DNA of 64,000 bases, from the NCBI GenBank assembly GCA_021773245.1, contig JAJFKK010000126.1, positions 6,917-70,916 on the forward strand. The letters run 5' to 3'. Source of the stretch: Gammaproteobacteria bacterium (GTDB lineage: Bacteria; Pseudomonadota; Gammaproteobacteria; Eutrophobiales; Eutrophobiaceae). The notes under the pieces are model-generated. The model searched no databases. It saw only the letters and a list, made by a program, of their open reading frames with translations, and was not told where the DNA came from. Positions within the stretch are counted from its first letter, which is position 1, and each line of letters begins with the position of its first letter. Shown in pieces: positions 10,673-21,324 of this stretch. Both the position numbers and the translations under genes were made by a program.

Positions 10673-12118
10673 ATGAAACTTAACGGACACATTTTGTCAA
10701 TTTCAATTATATCGATATTTTTATCTCTTCCGCTGAATGCAGCAGCAGCAGGTGAAGCCCATTTACAGAACTTTACAAGTCATTGGGGAGGCATAGTTTG
10801 TGTCATAGTTTTCTGTCTTGCTTATAGTTTTGTCATCGTAGAAGAACAAATTCATATGCGTAAATCGAAACCGGTCATGCTTGCAGCCGGTATTATATGG
10901 ATGATTGTTGCTATTGTTTATGCTCAACATGGTGATCAGCATACTGCTGAGATAATGGTCAGGCATAACCTTCTTGAGTTCGGCGAGTTATTTTTATTTC
11001 TTCTGGCTGCGATGACCTATATCAATACCATGGAAGATCGTAATGTCTTTGATAAGTTACGCGCATGGTTGGTATCTCAAGGCTTCTCTTTACGCACTAT
11101 TTTTTGGATTACCGGTGTTATATCTTTTCTTTTATCACCAATTGCAGACAATTTAACGACAGCATTATTAATGTCGACTGTGGTTATGGCCGTTGGTGGT
11201 ACCAATATAAAATTTGTTTCAATCGCTTGTATTAATATAGTTGTCGCTGCCAATGCTGGCGGTGCATTTAGTCCGTTTGGTGATATTACGACATTGATGG
11301 TATGGCAAAAAGGAATTGTTGAGTTTCAGCAGTTCTTTGTTTTATTGATTCCTTCATTAGTAAACTGGTTAATTCCTGCGGCAATCATGTCGTGTTTTGT
11401 ATCGAGTGAAAAACCTGGTGCAATTGAAGAAAAAGTTGAATTAAAAGAAGGCGCAGTTGTAGTTGTTGTATTATTTATACTCACCATAATGATGGCAGTT
11501 TGTGCACATAATTTCCTTCACCTTCCTCCCGTACTTGGCATGATGACTGGTTTAGCGCTTCTTAAAATATTTGGTTATTTCTTAAAGATGAAAATAAAAC
11601 GCCAAAATAAATCAGCAGTTGATGATAATGGTGCCGGTGCTTTGGGTGTTGAATTATTTGGTGATAATAATGAAAAGAAAGAGGAAGAGTTTAATATTTT
11701 CAAAAAATTGGCCAGAGCAGAGTGGGATACATTAATGTTTTTCTATGGCGTTATACTTTGTGTCGGCGGTCTTGGTACGATGGGATATCTCGCGGTATTA
11801 TCAGAATTTATGTATATCGATCTGGGACCTACGAAAGCGAATATTCTGGTCGGTGTTTTATCTGCAATTATTGATAATATTCCGGTAATGTTTGCGGTTC
11901 TCACGATGATGCCGGATATGGATTTAACGCAATGGTTGTTAGTCACTCTGACAGCGGGTACTGGTGGTTCGTTATTGTCCGTCGGTTCTGCAGCAGGTGT
12001 TGCGGTAATGGGGCAGGCGAGAGGAATCTACACATTTTTTGCTCATCTTAAGTGGACTTGGGCAATAGCGCTGGGTTATGCAGCGAGCATCTGGGTTCAT
12101 TTTCTGGTTAATGGCTAA
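10673..12118 (+). CDS. nhaD: NhaD-type Na+/H+ antiporter
   Basis: 481-aa polytopic protein with a signal-like N-terminus and the ANAGGAFSPFGDITTLMVW motif I associate with the NhaD/ArsB superfamily. Confidence 0.75.
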   Translation: MKLNGHILSISIISIFLSLPLNAAAAGEAHLQNFTSHWGGIVCVIVFCLAYSFVIVEEQIHMRKSKPVMLAAGIIWMIVAIVYAQHGDQHTAEIMVRHNLLEFGELFLFLLAAMTYINTMEDRNVFDKLRAWLVSQGFSLRTIFWITGVISFLLSPIADNLTTALLMSTVVMAVGGTNIKFVSIACINIVVAANAGGAFSPFGDITTLMVWQKGIVEFQQFFVLLIPSLVNWLIPAAIMSCFVSSEKPGAIEEKVELKEGAVVVVVLFILTIMMAVCAHNFLHLPPVLGMMTGLALLKIFGYFLKMKIKRQNKSAVDDNGAGALGVELFGDNNEKKEEEFNIFKKLARAEWDTLMFFYGVILCVGGLGTMGYLAVLSEFMYIDLGPTKANILVGVLSAIIDNIPVMFAVLTMMPDMDLTQWLLVTLTAGTGGSLLSVGSAAGVAVMGQARGIYTFFAHLKWTWAIALGYAASIWVHFLVNG

Positions 12119-12160
12119 ATATCGTCTTTGAATTAGCTATATATTAAGAATTTAATCTTT

Positions 12161-12191
12161 AAAACCGAATGCCGACGCATTCGGTTTTTTT
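12161..12191 (+). terminator. Rho-independent terminator after nhaD
   Basis: AAAACCGAATGC-CGAC-GCATTCGGTTTTTTT: perfect 9-bp GC-containing stem followed by a T-run. Confidence 0.8.
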
Positions 12192-12266
12192 CTATATAAT
12201 ATCCTCAAACTAAAGGCTGCTTTGTCTGGCTTGTCTCAATCAAATAATAAATATAGTTGATTATAA

Positions 12267-12620
12267 GTGGGAATAAATATACTGGGGGCGTTTAATTATT
12301 GGGTCGTTGTCGTATTGATGATGATAGGACTCTATATAGTGATAACGCATAATAATCTTGTTAAGAAATTAATCGGCATTAATATCTTTCAAACTTCTAT
12401 TTTTATTCTATTTATATCGATGGGAAAAATTTCTGGTGGTACTGCGCCTATCATTACAGGAACAAATACAGTTTATTCCAGTCCTTTGCCACATGTCTTG
12501 ATTCTAACCGCTATTGTGGTAGGTATTTCTACTACAGCTTTAGGTCTTGCCATTGTAATTCGACTGTACCATGCATTCGGTACCGTTGAAGATGATGAAA
12601 TACAGCAGGAGATAGAGTGA
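12267..12620 (+). CDS. MrpC/MnhC (NuoK-like) cation:proton antiporter subunit
   Basis: 117 aa, 3 TM. MMIGLYIVITHNNLVKKLIGINIFQTSIFILF matches the MnhC pattern. GTG start. Its stop overlaps the next start (GTGA). Confidence 0.75.
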   Translation: MGINILGAFNYWVVVVLMMIGLYIVITHNNLVKKLIGINIFQTSIFILFISMGKISGGTAPIITGTNTVYSSPLPHVLILTAIVVGISTTALGLAIVIRLYHAFGTVEDDEIQQEIE

Positions 12621-14104
12621 TTAGTTCTCATTTACCTGTCTTACAGGTAATTATTCCTCTAATAGCAGCACCGATATGCGTCATATTACGACAGGGCTTG
12701 CTAGCCTGGATATTGACAACGTTGGTGTGCTTAATTTCTTTAATTATTTCTTGTGTCTTATTTAATCAAGTATTAGATGAAGGCGTAATTTCATATGCGT
12801 TAGGTGGTTGGTTTAGTCCCTGGGGTATAGAGTACCGTTTGGATAAATTAACAATATTTATGTTGTTGATTATTAATGGTGTCGCAACGATAGTTTTATT
12901 AGGTGCAAAAGAAAGTGTCGCAGATGAAATTTCATCTGATCGTCTTTATTTATTTTATACTGCCTTTTTATTGAATTTAACTGGTCTATTAGGCGTCATT
13001 GTTACAGGTGATGCGTTTAATTTATTTGTCTTTATTGAAATCGCCTCGTTGTCTTCATATGCAATGATCAGCATTGGACGTGATCGACGTTGTTTATATG
13101 CGGCATTTAAATATTTAATCTTTGGTACGGTTGGCGCGAGTTTTATTCTGATTTCTGTGGGTTTACTGTATGACGTAACGGGAACATTAAATATGGCTGA
13201 CATATTTCAACGATTGCCCGATATTGAAAATACAAAAACTGTAACCACAGCATTAATATTTTTTGTTGTTGGCATTGGTATTAAAGCTGCTATTTTCCCT
13301 TTACATTTATGGCTGCCTGATGCTTACAATTATTCACCTTCAATTGTTTCTACTTTTCTTGCTGGGACGACGACAAAAGTTTTTATCTATGTCCTTATTC
13401 GTTTTATATACTCAATATTTGGCCATGAAACTGTCTTTATTCAGGAAGCATTTAATAATCTATTAATGATATTAGCTTGTGCTGGAATTTTATATGGTTC
13501 TTATCTAGCCATTAAGCAAGATAGTTTAAAACGTTTATTGGCATACTCCAGTATTGCGCAATTAGGTTATATGCTATTAGGAATTTCATTAGCAACGGAA
13601 GCAGGTCTGGCTGCTGGATTAATACATGTATTCAATCACGCTATTATTAAAGTGACTTTATTTTTATCGGTAGTGTGTATTATTTTTTATACCAGGACGG
13701 ATTCTATTTCTCAACTTTCAGGTTTGGCTAAAACTACTCCTTTATTGATGGTTTCTTTTCTCGTCGCCGGTTTAAGCTTAATAGGTGTGCCGATGACAGC
13801 GGGTTTTATCAGTAAATGGTATTTAATCAAGGCTTCATTTGAATCAGGTTATTGGGGTTTAGTTTTAGTCATCGTTTTCTCATCCTTGTTGGCAATTGTG
13901 TATATATGGAAATTTGTAGAGGCTGCTTATTTTAAATCTCCAGAAAACGGAGTCAGTAAGTTAGAACTCAATAAAGAAAGACCGTACTTATTGTCTTTTT
14001 CATTATTTATTTTTGTTATTGCTAATATTTATTTTGGGATTGATTCTTCCCTTAATGTTGATATGGCTAATAGTATTGCTCATGATTTTTATCATGGATT
14101 CTAA
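12617..14104 (+). CDS. MrpD/NuoN-like proton-conducting antiporter subunit (PF00361-type), copy 1
   Basis: 495-aa polytopic protein. Motifs LHLWLPDAY and LKRLLAYSSIAQLGYM are typical of MrpD/NuoM/NuoN subunits. Confidence 0.8.
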   Translation: MISSHLPVLQVIIPLIAAPICVILRQGLLAWILTTLVCLISLIISCVLFNQVLDEGVISYALGGWFSPWGIEYRLDKLTIFMLLIINGVATIVLLGAKESVADEISSDRLYLFYTAFLLNLTGLLGVIVTGDAFNLFVFIEIASLSSYAMISIGRDRRCLYAAFKYLIFGTVGASFILISVGLLYDVTGTLNMADIFQRLPDIENTKTVTTALIFFVVGIGIKAAIFPLHLWLPDAYNYSPSIVSTFLAGTTTKVFIYVLIRFIYSIFGHETVFIQEAFNNLLMILACAGILYGSYLAIKQDSLKRLLAYSSIAQLGYMLLGISLATEAGLAAGLIHVFNHAIIKVTLFLSVVCIIFYTRTDSISQLSGLAKTTPLLMVSFLVAGLSLIGVPMTAGFISKWYLIKASFESGYWGLVLVIVFSSLLAIVYIWKFVEAAYFKSPENGVSKLELNKERPYLLSFSLFIFVIANIYFGIDSSLNVDMANSIAHDFYHGF

Positions 14105-14112
14105 AGTGAATA

Positions 14113-15582
14113 ATGATGAGTGATCAATTATTGATTGTATTGGCTATATGCCTTCCTGTTGTTGCAACAGTTTTTATTGCGGTTACACACAACTATACTA
14201 ATGTCAGAGAGACAGTGACATTATTTAGTGCCGTCTGTTTAATTATTGTTGTATATTCATTATTGCAAAGAGTATTAGCGGGCGAGCAACCGCAGTTACA
14301 TTTGCTGGAGTTCCTGCCTGGTCTTTCACTACATTTTAAAATTGAACCATTAGGAATGTTGTTTGCTTGCATTGCTTCTTTCTTATGGTTAATCAATTCT
14401 ATTTATTCCATTGGCTATATGCGTGGAAATAAAGAGAAGCATCAAACCCGTTTTTATATTTATTTTGCCATTGCAATCGCTAGCACTATAGGAATAGCTT
14501 TTTCAGCAAACTTAATTACCTTATTTGTTTTTTATGAAGTATTAACATTATCGACCTATCCATTGGTGACACATAAAGGCAGTGAAGACGCGATGCGAGC
14601 TGGCCGTGTTTATCTAGGCATTCTTCTTTCAACATCAATTTGTCTTTTTCTGCCTGCAATTATCTGGATAAATGTGTTAGCAGGGACAACAGAGTTTACT
14701 AATGGAGGAATACTGACTAACGATATCGGACATGGCGTCATACTGATCCTGTTAATGTTATTCGCTTACGGCATAGGAAAAGCCGCATTAATGCCTATGC
14801 ATCGATGGTTACCAGCAGCGATGGTGGCACCAACACCTGTCAGTGCATTGTTACATGCGGTTGCGGTTGTTAAAGCAGGTGTGTTCAGTATTGTTAAAAT
14901 TGTAATTTATATCTTCAGCCCAGCTTTATTATCTGATGTTATTGAAATTAATATTTTGCTTTATTTAGCGGGATTAACAATTATTGTTGCTTCAGTTATT
15001 GCGTTGCAAGCGGATAACTTAAAACGTCGATTAGCTTATTCAACGATTAGCCAACTATCTTATGTTGTTTTAGCGACAGCATTATTAGCGCCCATATCTA
15101 TCATGGGTGCTGCGCTGCATATTCTTGCCCATGCCTTCGGTAAAATAACCTTATTCTTTGCCGCAGGTTCAATATATACAGCAACTAAGAAAACATCAGT
15201 GAGCGAACTTGACGGCATAGGAAAAGCAATGCCTTGGACGATGGGCGCATTTGCCATAGCCAGTTTATCCATGATAGGTGTGCCACCGACGGCAGGATTT
15301 TTGAGTAAGTGGTATATTTTGCAAGGAGCGTTTTCTGTTGAATCATGGTTTGCAGTGGGTGTCATTATAATAAGTACTTTATTGAATGCGGGGTATTTTT
15401 TACCAATAATTTATGCTGCATTTTTGAAAAAGCCAGTCGACGGTAAAGAATTGAGTTATAACGAAGCGCCACTTCCGATTGTCTTAGCGTTAACGCTAAC
15501 GGCAGCTATAACCATCTTATTATTTTTGTTCCCCGAGACGCCATTGCAACTGCTCAATCTACTTGTAGGTAATATGTCATGA
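14113..15582 (+). CDS. MrpD/NuoN-like proton-conducting antiporter subunit, copy 2
   Basis: 489 aa. Motifs MHRWLPAAMVAPTPVSALLHA and LKRRLAYSTISQLSYV. Confidence 0.8.
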   Translation: MMSDQLLIVLAICLPVVATVFIAVTHNYTNVRETVTLFSAVCLIIVVYSLLQRVLAGEQPQLHLLEFLPGLSLHFKIEPLGMLFACIASFLWLINSIYSIGYMRGNKEKHQTRFYIYFAIAIASTIGIAFSANLITLFVFYEVLTLSTYPLVTHKGSEDAMRAGRVYLGILLSTSICLFLPAIIWINVLAGTTEFTNGGILTNDIGHGVILILLMLFAYGIGKAALMPMHRWLPAAMVAPTPVSALLHAVAVVKAGVFSIVKIVIYIFSPALLSDVIEINILLYLAGLTIIVASVIALQADNLKRRLAYSTISQLSYVVLATALLAPISIMGAALHILAHAFGKITLFFAAGSIYTATKKTSVSELDGIGKAMPWTMGAFAIASLSMIGVPPTAGFLSKWYILQGAFSVESWFAVGVIIISTLLNAGYFLPIIYAAFLKKPVDGKELSYNEAPLPIVLALTLTAAITILLFLFPETPLQLLNLLVGNMS

Positions 15583-15818
15583 AGCAGAATTGGTTTTATA
15601 AAAAAACATCAATTAAAAAGTTATGGATAGGCGCTATTGTTGTCTTGGTCTTAACAATATTAGCTGAAATTATTATTACGTTGCATCCGCATTTTGAAAT
15701 AGAAGCCTTATTTGGCTTTCATGGGCTATATGGTTTTTTGACTTGTGTGATCATGGTAGTTTTTGCAAAAGTATTAGGGTTTCTAATTAAACGCAAGGAT
15801 GATTACTATGACATGTAG
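15579..15818 (+). CDS. Small two-TM membrane protein of the Mrp-like operon
   Basis: 79 aa with two hydrophobic helices. ATGA start/stop overlap with the preceding gene, and a 20-nt overlap with the following gene. No family recognised. Confidence 0.5.
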   Translation: MKQNWFYKKTSIKKLWIGAIVVLVLTILAEIIITLHPHFEIEALFGFHGLYGFLTCVIMVVFAKVLGFLIKRKDDYYDM

Positions 15819-17469
15819 TCTTTTTCATCCTGGTTTATTATTAATTCTTTCAGGTTTATTAATTCCTTTTTTAAGCGGAACAAAAAGAACGATATTTGTT
15901 TTATTAATACCTTGTTTGGCTTTGTTAAGTGTCTGGAGCATGTCTTTTGGTAGTCATTGTTCTTTTAATTACCTTGGTTTCGAACTAACACTCATCAACC
16001 TTGATGCATTAAGCCGACTTTTTATCACTGTATTTTCTATTACTGTTTTCACTGGTAGTTTGTTTTGTTGTAAACAGGCTAGCTCAAAAGAATTAGCCGC
16101 TGCGTTTATTTATGCAGGTGGCGCTATGTCGGTAGTGCTAGCTGGTGATCTTCTTAGCTTATTTGTTTTTTGGGAATTGATGGCATTGGCCTCAACACTT
16201 GTGATTTGGTCTGCACAGAGTAAAAAATCATTGCAAGCAGGAATGCGTTATATCGTTATCCATTTATTAGGTGGCGTTATATTAATGTGCGGTATTTCTG
16301 CTTATGTTAATGAAACGGGTTCAATTCTTTTTACTGCAATGCAGCCCGATAGTATTGCAACATGGTTAATACTTTGTGGTTTTTTATTGAATGCAGGCGC
16401 ACCACCATTAACAGCGTGGTTAGCAGATGCTTACCCTGAAGCATCATTTAGTGGCACTGTTTTCTTAAGTGCGTTTACGACAAAAACTGCCGTTTATGTT
16501 TTATTACGAGGTTTTCCTGGAACGGAATTGTTAGTGTACATAGGTCTTTTTATGATTTTTTACGGCATCATTTACGCATTATTAGAAAATGATATGCGCC
16601 GTATTCTTGCTTATAGCATTATCAATCAGGTGGGTTTCATGCTTTGTGGTATCGGCATTGGTACCGAGATGGCATTAAATGGTGCTGCTGCACATGCGTT
16701 TACCCACATTATATATAAAGCGCTGCTATTAATGTCTGCCGGTTCTGTTTTATATATGACCGGAAAGCATAAATGTACTGATTTGGGTGGATTGGTTCAA
16801 TCTATGCCCGTTACTGCCGTGTGCGGGATTATTGGTGCACTAGCAATCTCTTCATTTCCTCTAACTTCAGGTTTTGTCAGTAAGTCTATGGTGACCCAAG
16901 CTTCGGTTGATGAACATTTATTATGGGTTTGGCTATTATTACAGGCCGCTTCTGCAGGCGTATTCTTACATGCCGGAATAAAATTTCCGTGGTTTGTTTT
17001 CTTTCAAAAAGACAGTGGACTTAGACCTGACGACCCACCACTAAACATGAAGTTGGCAATGATTATATTTGCAATAGCATGTGTTTTACTCGGTGTTTTT
17101 CCGAACTTGCTCTATTCAATGTTACCTTATGAAGTTAATTATGTTCCGTATACGGCAGCGCATGTTCTTACTCAATTACAACTATTATTATTCTCAGGAT
17201 TAGCTTTCTTTGTTATGTTACCGTTGATGAAACGAACATTAACAATCAGTCTTGATTTTGATTGGTTTTATAGAAGGTTTGGAAAGGTTCTATCAATATG
17301 TATTTTGGAAAACTTATGTCGGCTACAAACAAAAATAAACCGGAGTTTGTCAGGATTGATATTAAAAGAACGCCTTGTTAATAAATTAGATATTCAACTT
17401 TCTCTCGGTATGGGTATGAGCATGGTTATGATAATTTTTATTATTTCATTATCTTATCTATTGTTTTAA
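15799..17469 (+). CDS. MrpA/MrpD/NuoL-like proton-conducting antiporter subunit, copy 3
   Basis: 556 aa. Motifs LTAWLADAYPEAS and MRRILAYSIINQVGFM. Longer C-terminal extension than copies 1 and 2. Confidence 0.75.
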   Translation: MITMTCSLFHPGLLLILSGLLIPFLSGTKRTIFVLLIPCLALLSVWSMSFGSHCSFNYLGFELTLINLDALSRLFITVFSITVFTGSLFCCKQASSKELAAAFIYAGGAMSVVLAGDLLSLFVFWELMALASTLVIWSAQSKKSLQAGMRYIVIHLLGGVILMCGISAYVNETGSILFTAMQPDSIATWLILCGFLLNAGAPPLTAWLADAYPEASFSGTVFLSAFTTKTAVYVLLRGFPGTELLVYIGLFMIFYGIIYALLENDMRRILAYSIINQVGFMLCGIGIGTEMALNGAAAHAFTHIIYKALLLMSAGSVLYMTGKHKCTDLGGLVQSMPVTAVCGIIGALAISSFPLTSGFVSKSMVTQASVDEHLLWVWLLLQAASAGVFLHAGIKFPWFVFFQKDSGLRPDDPPLNMKLAMIIFAIACVLLGVFPNLLYSMLPYEVNYVPYTAAHVLTQLQLLLFSGLAFFVMLPLMKRTLTISLDFDWFYRRFGKVLSICILENLCRLQTKINRSLSGLILKERLVNKLDIQLSLGMGMSMVMIIFIISLSYLLF

Positions 17470-17685
17470 ACACAGTCAGGATTTTCTTTCTCCTTATTAT
17501 TGAGTAGATTTTTAACTTATTACATTTACTCTTTTACGATAATTCCCATTACTCATTAATGTACTTATAGTGATTAACACATGGATGTATCTGCACTATG
17601 TATGGCGCTACTAAAAGACTTTAGACAAATAAATTAAAATTAGAAGTATGTCGAGCAGGGGGATTATCTTAATCAGGATAACTTA

Positions 17686-18672
17686 TTAGGAATACTCTTC
17701 TGAATTAAACCAATCAATAGCATCTTTAAGTCCTTCGACTCCGGGGCGTGATTGATACCCTAATTTTTCTTTGGCTTTTTCACTTGAAAAGAACATCATC
17801 TTTTTAGACATTTTAACGCTATCGACAGTAGCTCTAGGTTCTTTATTTGTGATGTCAGCTATTCGTTCCATAAACCAAGCAATAGGTAATACTAGATTAT
17901 GAGGTAGCTTGATTGTTGGTGGGGACATATTTTGATTTATACATATGTATTCGAGAATTGACGCCAATGTCATATTATCTCCGCCAAGAATATAACGATC
18001 TCCGATTTCACCTTTCTCCATTGCCAGTAGATGTCCTTTTGCAACATCATCGACATGTACAATATTTAAACCGGTATCAACGTAAGCGGGCATACGATTT
18101 CTAATAGTGTCCAGTACAATTTTTCCAGTAGGAGTTGGTTTTATATCACGAGATCCAACAGGAGTAGACGGATTAACAATGGTAACTGGAGAAGAGTGAG
18201 TTTTTACTAGTTTATTAACTTCTTGCTCAGCTAGAAATTTTGAACGTTTATAGTGGCCGGTCATATCTTCGATTGATACTGGCGTTGTTTCATCAGAAGC
18301 TGTGCCATCACTATTTATACCTAAAGTGGCGACGCTACTGGTATAAACAATTTTTTCAACACCAGCATCGGTTGCTGCCATAATCAAATTACGTGTTCCA
18401 TCAACATTTGTTTTATACATTGTATCTGGATCTGGTATCCATAAGCGGTAATCAGCAGCAAGATGAAAAAGTAAATTACAATCTGTGACTGCGCGTTTTA
18501 ACGAATCATTATCTGTTAGATCACCTTCAATTACCTCAAGATCCAAACCTTCAAAGTTACGTCTGTCTGCATCAGGTCTGACTAGTACGCGTAGAGAATG
18601 GCCTTGATCTAATAATAAGCGCACAACGGCAGAACCAATAAATCCATTTGCACCTGTTACTAATGTTTTCAT
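17686..18672 (-). CDS. hpnA: Hopanoid-associated NAD-dependent sugar epimerase/reductase HpnA
   Basis: Rossmann motif KTLVTGANGFIGSAV and YKRSK catalytic motif. Lies directly downstream of hpnN (4-nt gap). Confidence 0.75.
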   Translation of the reverse strand: MKTLVTGANGFIGSAVVRLLLDQGHSLRVLVRPDADRRNFEGLDLEVIEGDLTDNDSLKRAVTDCNLLFHLAADYRLWIPDPDTMYKTNVDGTRNLIMAATDAGVEKIVYTSSVATLGINSDGTASDETTPVSIEDMTGHYKRSKFLAEQEVNKLVKTHSSPVTIVNPSTPVGSRDIKPTPTGKIVLDTIRNRMPAYVDTGLNIVHVDDVAKGHLLAMEKGEIGDRYILGGDNMTLASILEYICINQNMSPPTIKLPHNLVLPIAWFMERIADITNKEPRATVDSVKMSKKMMFFSSEKAKEKLGYQSRPGVEGLKDAIDWFNSEEYS

Positions 18673-18676
18673 AACG

Positions 18677-21274
18677 CTATTTTTTTAATGAATTTTGCCA
18701 TATTAGAAAAGCGGGAAGAATCATCATAGTCGATATCATCATTGAGGCAAGCCCCAAGGTAAGTAATAAACCCATGCTGGCAGTACCCGTATGCGAAGAA
18801 AATGCAAGGTTACCTACGCTACAAATGGTAGTTAGTGAACTGACGAAAACACCACGAGAAGAACTGGTCATAAAGATATTTCGATTAGTTCCTTGTTCTT
18901 GACGAAATCGGTCCGCTATATGAATTCCGCTATCTACACCAATACCTAATAACAAGGGTAAGCCTATAACATTGGCAAAATTTAGAGGAATATTAAACAA
19001 AAGCGTAAATCCAAAGGTAAAAATAGAACCAACAATAACTGAAATTAAAATAATGACAGCATCCATTTTTTCTTTAACCAGTATTAATAATAATAAGGCA
19101 ATAGCAATCAGAGCATAAGTAAATGCAGTCTTAAATGCTGTTATTACGGCATTTCCAGCTTCGATACTAATAATAGGTGAACCAATAACAGTACTATCAT
19201 AGGCTTGTAATTCATCGACGAATCGTTTCATTGCCGCGTTATCATTTAAATTTTCTTTTGGAAAAATCTCTATTTTATAGTGTTCTTGACTTATCCACCT
19301 GTCATGAACTTCAGTTGGAATATTTTCCAGATTAACTTCCTGTGCGTTTAATGCTTCTCTCAATGCGCTAATTCTTCCGTCAAGATTAAATAACAACTGT
19401 TTCTCTAATGAATTTAATTTTTCATTATTAATTTCATTGTTCAATAAAGATGCTAAATGTTCATTAAGTTTAGATAATTCATTATCTAATTCTGAATCAG
19501 AAAAAGAATTTAATTGAACTTGAAGTTCTTGTATGGCTTTTATCTTTTCTGCGTCAGTAATATCATTATTCTTTGTTCCTGCTGAAAGTGGCCCCATAAA
19601 TAAATTCATTTCATCAATGATAAAGAGCTTTTCTTCTTGTTCAATTGGTAACAAATCTTCAAACCAGATGGTTTTGTCAACTAACTCAAGTTGTTCAAGT
19701 TCTTTTATAGCAGTGACAACCTGATTTCGATCTTGCTTTAATAAAATGCTGCTCCAGGGAGAAGAATCACTATCCTTTAATAAATCACGATAGGTCTGCA
19801 CTGATTCATTTTCAGGATCTTGTAGATTTAAAGTATTAATATCAAAGCTAACTTTATTAAGTTGTGTTACGAAGCCAATTAAAATAACCAGAGTAAAGAG
19901 CAATATTTGTTTTGAGTATTTATAGGGTAAGCTGGTTAAAAGAATTATCCAGGTTTGACCAGATTTATTTGAGTTTTTAGTTAGCGCTTTATAAGGTCTT
20001 AAACTTAACAAAGCAGGTAATAGTGTGAGCGTAAATATTATGCTAATAAACATACCACTGCCTGCAATCCAACCTAATTCGGCAACACCTTCATAATCAG
20101 TTGGTATAAATGAATAAAACCCAATTGCAGTCGTGATGGAGCAAAGGATTAATGAACGGAATATAAGCAACAATGCTTGTTGTAACGCATTACTTTTATC
20201 TGTCAAAAGAACTTGTTCTCGATAACGTAGCGTTAGATGTATCGTGAAATCAATACCCAAGCCGATATATAAAACGGCAAAGGCAACCGAAATAAGATTT
20301 AGCTCGCCAACTGTTGCTGCGGCAAATGCGGTTGTCGAGATTAAACCAAAAAATAAAGTAATAATTGATGCGATGACTAACCAACCCGAACCCAAGCCGA
20401 TTAATAAAATAATTGTGACTAGAAGAAATGAAACAACAATCGCTTGAATATTAGCTTCTGAAACACTTTTTAATTCTTCATAAGATAATGCTGTGCCGCC
20501 AGTTAATCGTATTTTGACAGTATCATTTGTTAGGTTTAATGAGTTTATTGTAGCTCTTACATGTTCAATTACTTTTTCACCCGGTAATAATTCTTCATCC
20601 GATTCCAATGTTCGTAATACAATAAATTCTCTATAGATAGATTTAATTTCTTTGTCTGTACTCATTAAACGTTGCCATGAGACATGGTGTTGTTCATTCT
20701 CAAAGGCTTGATTAATTTCAAGCAACAAAGGTTTTAAATCGATGTCTTCACCTTCTTGCTTGTAGCGAAGGGCATCACCAAGCATAGTAAATAAACCACG
20801 CAGATTTTTATCTTGTAATAGTGTTCCTAGAAAGGGCTGTATAGTTGCTAACTGGTCAGCAAGATCTTGTAATTCATCTGTATCAAAAAATAAAAATGCA
20901 GACTCACGAAAATAAGGAAGAATGTTCGGGTAATAAATATCGTTAATTAATAGCGGATTCTTTTTTAAAGCTGCATTTAACTTAATTGCTGCATCAGTTG
21001 CTTGATCAGGGGTGTTTGATTCTATAACGATGAGTAGATTATCAGTAAATTGAGGAAACTGTTTTTCATATTCGATATCCAGTTTTCGCCATGCCAAATT
21101 TTCTGACAACATATCTGTTGTATCAGTAGTGACACCTAAGTTATCTTTGATATAAAAGATCGAAAAGATGGTTAGAGCAATATAGCTTGCAATAATTGCA
21201 ATCCGATATTGCTCTACAAATTGGACTAGGTTTATTACGATGTTATCGAGATATGATGAATGACTACCATTCAT
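18677..21274 (-). CDS. hpnN: Hopanoid transporter HpnN (RND/MMPL family)
   Basis: 865 aa with two TM bundles, each carrying an RND-type motif (GIDFTIHLTLRYRE, GVDSGIHIADRFRQE), separated by large soluble loops. Hopanoid gene context. Confidence 0.75.
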   Translation of the reverse strand: MNGSHSSYLDNIVINLVQFVEQYRIAIIASYIALTIFSIFYIKDNLGVTTDTTDMLSENLAWRKLDIEYEKQFPQFTDNLLIVIESNTPDQATDAAIKLNAALKKNPLLINDIYYPNILPYFRESAFLFFDTDELQDLADQLATIQPFLGTLLQDKNLRGLFTMLGDALRYKQEGEDIDLKPLLLEINQAFENEQHHVSWQRLMSTDKEIKSIYREFIVLRTLESDEELLPGEKVIEHVRATINSLNLTNDTVKIRLTGGTALSYEELKSVSEANIQAIVVSFLLVTIILLIGLGSGWLVIASIITLFFGLISTTAFAAATVGELNLISVAFAVLYIGLGIDFTIHLTLRYREQVLLTDKSNALQQALLLIFRSLILCSITTAIGFYSFIPTDYEGVAELGWIAGSGMFISIIFTLTLLPALLSLRPYKALTKNSNKSGQTWIILLTSLPYKYSKQILLFTLVILIGFVTQLNKVSFDINTLNLQDPENESVQTYRDLLKDSDSSPWSSILLKQDRNQVVTAIKELEQLELVDKTIWFEDLLPIEQEEKLFIIDEMNLFMGPLSAGTKNNDITDAEKIKAIQELQVQLNSFSDSELDNELSKLNEHLASLLNNEINNEKLNSLEKQLLFNLDGRISALREALNAQEVNLENIPTEVHDRWISQEHYKIEIFPKENLNDNAAMKRFVDELQAYDSTVIGSPIISIEAGNAVITAFKTAFTYALIAIALLLLILVKEKMDAVIILISVIVGSIFTFGFTLLFNIPLNFANVIGLPLLLGIGVDSGIHIADRFRQEQGTNRNIFMTSSSRGVFVSSLTTICSVGNLAFSSHTGTASMGLLLTLGLASMMISTMMILPAFLIWQNSLKK

Positions 21275-21324
21275 TGGGATGAATTCCTAATCAAGCAATA
21301 GATAAACTATCTTAAGTATATAAT

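Noticed and set aside
12267-17469. Idea that the PF00361-rich cluster is a DAB-type CO2/bicarbonate pump or an NDH-1 fragment
   Set aside because: No DabA-like (PF10070-type) large soluble or Zn-binding partner is adjacent, and there are no Nuo peripheral-arm genes. The presence of an MrpC-like subunit and a neighbouring nhaD favours a cation/proton antiporter.
17470-17685. Convergent 216-bp spacer between the Mrp-like operon and hpnA, examined for terminators or small RNAs
   Set aside because: It contains only weak 4-5-bp AT-rich stems (for example TATC..GATA near 17665). Nothing was convincing enough to annotate.
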